Shown here: positions 59,117 to 64,000 of the stretch, one piece after another
Layout: every line of letters begins with the position of its first letter
Numbering within the stretch: the first letter of the stretch is position 1
Origin: an uncultured Candidatus Rokubacteria bacterium
GTDB lineage: Bacteria; Methylomirabilota; Methylomirabilia; Rokubacteriales; DASRDR01
Assembly (NCBI GenBank): GCA_963805625.1
Contig: CAWDVE010000010.1
Span: forward strand, 640,001-704,000
Direction of reading: 5' to 3'
Length of the DNA: 64,000 nucleotides
Translations under genes and position numbers: made by a program
The notes under the pieces: generated by a model
What the model saw: the letters and a program-made list of their open reading frames with translations, nothing else
Databases searched by the model: none
What the model was told of the DNA's origin: nothing

Positions 59117-59455
59117 CTAAAGGCGCCGCACGGTCGTCCAAGCAGCCTCGGGAGGGGCCACTCCGAGCCTGGCCAGTTTGTGCACATTTTGCACACGCTC
59201 CCCGGGGGACCCGACCACCCTCAACGATTCGGCCTGCCGCTCGCTGGCCAATACGGCCTCCGCCACTGGGCGCAGCACAAGACAAACCTGCCCTCCCTCG
59301 GATCGAACCGTTGCAGATTCTGCAACAGTTGCCCAGGAGGCCACCTCCCATCCGGGCAGGGGTCGGTTCCTGCGGGAAAACACGAGTGTTCCATCCTCCC
59401 GGTCAGGGTCCAGGTTATTCAGGCACAGAAGACCGACCTCGAGGTCCAGGCCCAT
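59117..59455 (-). CDS. Hypothetical protein (lower GC), uncertain
   Basis: MGLDLEVGLLCLNN... begins just after the dGTPase remnant stop; no motif recognised. Confidence 0.3.
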   Translation of the reverse strand: MGLDLEVGLLCLNNLDPDREDGTLVFSRRNRPLPGWEVASWATVAESATVRSEGGQVCLVLRPVAEAVLASERQAESLRVVGSPGERVQNVHKLARLGVAPPEAAWTTVRRL

Positions 59456-59462
59456 CCCTTCC

Positions 59463-59697
59463 TCACAGCTCGTCGCGGCTCGATCCGAATCCCGGCACAA
59501 ATAGCCTTTGATAAACTTTCTCGGCAAAGCGGTCAGTCATGCCGGCCAGATAGTCACATACACTACGCGCCTTCGAGTCCTTCTCATCTAACCACTTCCA
59601 GGCCTCCTTCGGAACAAGCCGCTCGGGATCGGAAGCCAGCGCCTCAATAGTTGTCTAACAATCAGATGGCCTCTCCGCTCAAAGTGCTGGACCTCGG
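59463..59697 (-). pseudogene. dGTP triphosphohydrolase C-terminal remnant
   Basis: Manual translation: EVQHFERRGHLIVRQL/EALASDPERLVPKEAW...RSVCDYLAGMTDRFAEKVYQRLFVPGFGSSRDEL*. Confidence 0.8.
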
Positions 59698-60979
59698 CCG
59701 CGCCCGCCGCCCTCGAGGTCCGCCGCCACCATGACGGTCGGTGGGTCGGGCGAGGGCACCAGGTGGTCCTTCGTGAACGTGAAGATGCGGCCGCGGCACG
59801 AGAGGCGCTGCTCCCCGAGCTCCTTCCCCGAGCACTGCCAGCAGACGTGCCGGCGCGGATACTGGACGGCGCCGCACGCCACGCAGCGCTGGCCGTAGAG
59901 CCGGAGATCCTGGCGCTCCTCACGCTCCATCACCGGAAGCCCCGTGAAGGCCCGGACCGGCTCCGTCTCGACGAGCCGCCGGAACAGGAGGAACTTCCCA
60001 TAGTGCTGGAGCGCCCGGCCGGCCGCCACCTGGGCGGCCACCCCCCGCGTTCCGTCGAGCGCCCGGATCCGGCCGGTCGCCTCGAAGAGCAGCGCGTCGA
60101 CTCCCGAGCCGTAGCCGAGGACGAGGATGCGGTCGCCCGGCTCCGCTTCCTCGAGGCATGAGGCAAGGGCGAGGAGTGGCGAGGCCACGCCCGTGTTCCC
60201 GATCCAGGTGAGCGGCGGTACCTTCGCGAGGACGCCCTCTCCCAGGCCGAGGCTCCGGAGGATCGGCAGGGCGAGCCGCGCGTCCGGCGCGTAGACCGCC
60301 GCGAGCCGAATCCTTCCGGCGCGACGCCGGTCTCGGCGAGGAGGCGGCGCGCCGCCTCGGCCATCAGCCGCTCGTACCCGTAAGCGCGGACGAACGTTGG
60401 GTCGCCCTGCTCGGGAAAGCGCGCGCCGGCGAGGCGCCAGACGTCGGAGAACTCGTGCGTGTGCGATGCAGCGCCCAGCAGCTGGGCGACGACGCCATCC
60501 CCCCAGCCCACACGCACGGCCGCCGCGCCGTCACCCCAGGTGGCCTCGACATCGCTGCCCGGCGGGGCGAGACGGACGTCCGCCCCCGCGACCAGAGCCT
60601 CGCGGGCGGAGCGGGCGCGGACCGCGTCGAGCGCCAGCCGGAGCGCGGTCGTGCCGGCACGAAGGCTCCCGCCGAGGTCGGCCACGCTCACGGCGGGTCC
60701 GCAATCCAGGACGGCAGCGAGGACCGTGGCCGACGACTTCTCGGCCTACGGGGGCGTCGTGCTGGCGAAGCAGACGAGGTCGAGGCTACCGCCGCCATCG
60801 TCGCCGAGGGCCGTGAGGGCGGCCTCCACCGCCATCGTGAGGCTGTCCTCGTCGTAGCTGGCGACGGCCCGCGTCCCGCTTCCCGCAGTGCCCCAGACGG
60901 CGCCGAGGGTCGCGGCGGACAGCCGATAGCGGGGGACGTGAATGCCGACCCCGGTAATGCCGACGGCAGGCTCGCCCAT
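59698..60979 (-). pseudogene. HMG-CoA synthase-like / DUF35 (Zn ribbon-OB) fusion, multiply disrupted
   Basis: HVPRYRL, DEDSLTMAVEAA, ASTTPP then TAG (60746-48), GDGAAA, YGSG, CVAC..YPRRHVCWQC in different frames; OB fold cut short. Confidence 0.8.
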
Positions 60980-61019
60980 TGTCAGCGGGTCCTTCCCGTG
61001 TGTCCCTCGGCGGGCGGCG

Positions 61020-61820
61020 TCAGCGGGGCGGCGCGATCGTCGCCGCCGTCGCCGAGAGCGTCACGCTGACCGCGCTCTCTCGGGGCGCGCCGCCGCCAGC
61101 CTCGGGCACCTGCTTCACGATGTAGCCGTCGCGCGGGCCGGCGACGGGCCCGAGGCGGAGGCCCGCCGTCTCGAGATCGCGCACCGCCGCGTCCAGGCGC
61201 GCCCCGATCAGATTCGGCACGATGGCATCGCCGCGCCGCGTACTGTCCGGCGTGGTCTCGACGCTCCCCCGGCCAGCCGGGGCGCCCGAGGCGCTCCGCG
61301 CGCCGCGCACGGCGCCGCCGCCCTCGGACGTGGCCAGCCGCGCCTCGGCCAGGATCGCCCGGAGCCGCTCGGCCTCGGCCCGAGTCCGCGCGGCCATGAC
61401 GGCCGCCTCGTGGGCGGCGAGGAGCGCGTGCTGCTCGAGGGTGTCGCGGCGCACGAGATCGGGCGCGGGAACCACCGGAAGCTTCGCGACGTCGGCCAGA
61501 AGCCTCAGCGCGTCCGTCGAGCTCGCCTGGGCGAGACGTCGGTACCCTCCGAGGGCCTGGTGTGCTGCATCCCCTTCGTCCAGGAAGGGCTTGAGGGCCG
61601 GTGACGCCACCTCGCGCTCCGGGGCAAGGGCCTTGATGAGGGCGACGGTCTTCTCCCCCTCCTCGAGCGCGGCGGCGGCGCCATCATCCGCATTGCGCGC
61701 CGTCTCGTAGGCGCGCCGGCCGGTTTCGGTGAGAGGCGCCGCCAGGACCCAGGTCGCGCCCAGCACGAGCGCCATCCCGGCCAGGAGGAGGCTGGGATGG
61801 CGACCCGCGCGATTCCTCAC
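61020..61820 (-). CDS. Secreted helical protein with C-terminal PASTA domain
   Basis: Signal peptide, Ala-rich helices, VPNLIGARLDAAVRDLETAGL...IVKQVPEAG. Confidence 0.75.
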   Translation of the reverse strand: MRNRAGRHPSLLLAGMALVLGATWVLAAPLTETGRRAYETARNADDGAAAALEEGEKTVALIKALAPEREVASPALKPFLDEGDAAHQALGGYRRLAQASSTDALRLLADVAKLPVVPAPDLVRRDTLEQHALLAAHEAAVMAARTRAEAERLRAILAEARLATSEGGGAVRGARSASGAPAGRGSVETTPDSTRRGDAIVPNLIGARLDAAVRDLETAGLRLGPVAGPRDGYIVKQVPEAGGGAPRESAVSVTLSATAATIAPPR

Positions 61821-61863
61821 CGCGTCGTTTCCGCCGCCCGGCGTCCGAGTCGTGCGGGCCGCG

Positions 61864-63879
61864 TCACTCCAGTGCCTCGGCCACTAGCTCGGCGATGTCC
61901 TTCACCTGCAGCTTGTCCTCGGCGCCCTTGACCTTACGACCGAGGTCGACCATGGCAAGGCAGAAGGGACAGGCGGTCCCGACGGTCCCGGCCTTCGTCT
62001 CGAGGAGCTCCGCGACGCGGATCTCGTTCACGCGCTCCTTGCCCCGGATTTCCATCCACATGTGGCCACCCCCGCCGCCGCAGCAGAGCCCCTTGCTCCG
62101 GCTGCGCGGCGGATCGATCACCTCGAGACCCGGGATCGCGCGGAGGCTCGCCCGCGGCGAGTCGTAGATGTCGTTGTAGCGGCCGATGTAGCAGGAGTCG
62201 TGATAGGCGAGGAGCTCCTCACGCGGCCGGGTGAGCCGGAGCCGGCCCTCGCGCACCAGCTGGGCGATCAGGACCGAATGGTGGACCACCTCGAACTCGC
62301 CGCCGAACTGGCGATACTCGTTCCCGATCGTGTTGAAGCAGTGGGGGCACGCGGCCAGCACCTTCCGGAACCGGTAACGCTTGAGGTTCTCGACATTCTC
62401 GTTGGCGAGCGTCTGGTAGAGGTACTCCTCGCCGAGCCGCCGGGCGGCGTCGCCGCTGCAGCGTTCCCCAGGCATGACCGCGAACGAGACGCCCGCCGCC
62501 CGGAGCACCTTCACGACCGCCCGGGCGATGCTCTGGTTCCGGCGATCGTAGGACGCGGAGCACCCCACCCAGTAGAGATACTCGACCTCCTGGCCCTCCT
62601 GGATGCGCGGCACGTCGAGCCCCTCCGCCCACGCGAGACGGTCCTCGGCCGCGAGGCCCCACGGGTTCCCGGCGCGCTGCATGTTCTGTAGACTCATGCC
62701 CGCCGTCCCCGGGAGCGCCCCCTCGGAGAGCGCGAGGTACCGCCGGAGGTCGACGATCGTGTCCACGATGTCGATGAACGCTGGGCACGCCTCCACGCAC
62801 GCCATGCAGGTCGTGCACGCCCAGAGCTCCTGAGCGGAGATCGTCTCCCCGTGGATGGCGCGCCCGTTCCCCTCGTGCATGAGCCCGCGCAGCTTCAGGA
62901 TTACCTGCTTCGGCGAGAGCGGGGTCCCCGCGAGGTACGCCGGGCAGACGTCCTGGCAGCGGCCGCACAGGGTGCACGCGTCGAAGTCGAGGCGCCGCTT
63001 CCAGGAGAACTCCTCGAGCTTCGAGACGCCGAGCGTCTCCGCCTCCTCGATGTTCAGAATCGGCTTGAGGGCGCCCGGCGGGGTGAGCTTCACCAGGAAC
63101 GTGTTCAGCGGCGTCGTGATCAGGTGGACGAAGTAGGAGTGCGGGATCAGCGCGATGAACCCGAAGGAGATCGTGAAGTGGAACAGCCAGGTCCCGAGGT
63201 GGAGGCCGCGGAGCGCGCCCTCCCCCATCCCGGCGGCGAGGAACGCCTGCCCCAGTGCCCAGCCGACCGGCGACCACGGTGCCCACCACGGCTTCACCAC
63301 CGCGAGCCGGCACGCCTCCAGCACGAACCCCGTCACGTTGATGGCGAAGAGCAGGGCGAGGATCCAGGCGAAGTGAGGCGTCGAGTCGATCCGGGTCGGG
63401 CGCACGACGAACCGCCGGTAGAGCGCGAGCCCCAGCCCCACCACGAAGAAGAGCCCGAACAGGTCGAGTGACACCTCGTAGAAGAGGTAGAACGGCCCCT
63501 GGAGGAGCTTGAAGTCCAGCCCCAGCGGGAGCCTGAGCGTCACGTCGTAGTCGATCGTGGCGAGGATGGTTCCCAGGAACAGGGCGCAGAACCCCCAGAA
63601 CATGAGGGCGTGCATCACCCCGGGGTACCGCTGCGTGAGGATCCGGCCCTGGAGGAGCCCGTGGCGGACGAGGAACCGGATCCGCTCCGGGATGCGGTCC
63701 AGGCGCGCCTCGGGCTTTCCTTCCCGCCACAGCGCGATGCGCTGCCACATGCCGAGCGCGAACACGCCGATCGCGACGAACGACAGCGCGTAGAGGAGGA
63801 ACTGCGCCCAGGGGGGGACGTTCCAGAACGTGTCGCGGAACGGAACGTCGGAGAGGGACGCCATCGCGGTGGGGTTCAC
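61864..63879 (-). CDS. Membrane Fe-S oxidoreductase (FadF/HdrD-like: NarI-like TM, 2x4Fe-4S, 2xCCG)
   Basis: CTLCGRCQDVCP, CTTCMACVEACP, ACPHC, YHDSCYIGR, CCGGGGG, TACPFC. Confidence 0.9.
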   Translation of the reverse strand: MNPTAMASLSDVPFRDTFWNVPPWAQFLLYALSFVAIGVFALGMWQRIALWREGKPEARLDRIPERIRFLVRHGLLQGRILTQRYPGVMHALMFWGFCALFLGTILATIDYDVTLRLPLGLDFKLLQGPFYLFYEVSLDLFGLFFVVGLGLALYRRFVVRPTRIDSTPHFAWILALLFAINVTGFVLEACRLAVVKPWWAPWSPVGWALGQAFLAAGMGEGALRGLHLGTWLFHFTISFGFIALIPHSYFVHLITTPLNTFLVKLTPPGALKPILNIEEAETLGVSKLEEFSWKRRLDFDACTLCGRCQDVCPAYLAGTPLSPKQVILKLRGLMHEGNGRAIHGETISAQELWACTTCMACVEACPAFIDIVDTIVDLRRYLALSEGALPGTAGMSLQNMQRAGNPWGLAAEDRLAWAEGLDVPRIQEGQEVEYLYWVGCSASYDRRNQSIARAVVKVLRAAGVSFAVMPGERCSGDAARRLGEEYLYQTLANENVENLKRYRFRKVLAACPHCFNTIGNEYRQFGGEFEVVHHSVLIAQLVREGRLRLTRPREELLAYHDSCYIGRYNDIYDSPRASLRAIPGLEVIDPPRSRSKGLCCGGGGGHMWMEIRGKERVNEIRVAELLETKAGTVGTACPFCLAMVDLGRKVKGAEDKLQVKDIAELVAEALE

Positions 63880-64000
63880 GCTCGGAGATTACAGCACGCC
63901 GTCTCGACGAGGGTCAAGGCGCGCGGCACTCCCCGCGGCTCAGGGGGCTGGAGTCGGACCGAGTCGCAGGCGCGCCGCGATCGTGCGAATGGCCGTGTAG

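Overview
High-GC bacterial chromosomal window. The gene repertoire and small hypothetical families suggest a Rokubacteria/Methylomirabilota-like soil bacterium (inference only). Bases 1-42 kb are mostly intact metabolic and stress genes: an acyl-CoA cluster, a CHASE3 hybrid kinase, an LVIVD protein with a liv-type ABC operon, ligD with cardiolipin synthase, a sugar ABC system with three Gfo/Idh/MocA enzymes, cysteine synthase, phoD and flavin enzymes. Bases ~42-61 kb are a decaying accessory region full of fused gene fragments, including a frameshifted RIT (three tyrosine recombinases) abutting an IS21-family remnant that interrupts an antitoxin. The best unannotated signal is a complete cysteine-sensing attenuator before cysteine synthase: a sigma70 promoter, a probably leaderless 23-aa Cys-containing leader peptide, an antiterminator and an intrinsic terminator. 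No rRNA, tRNA or CRISPR array was seen. All family calls come from motif recognition by eye, not database searches. Start codons are best estimates.
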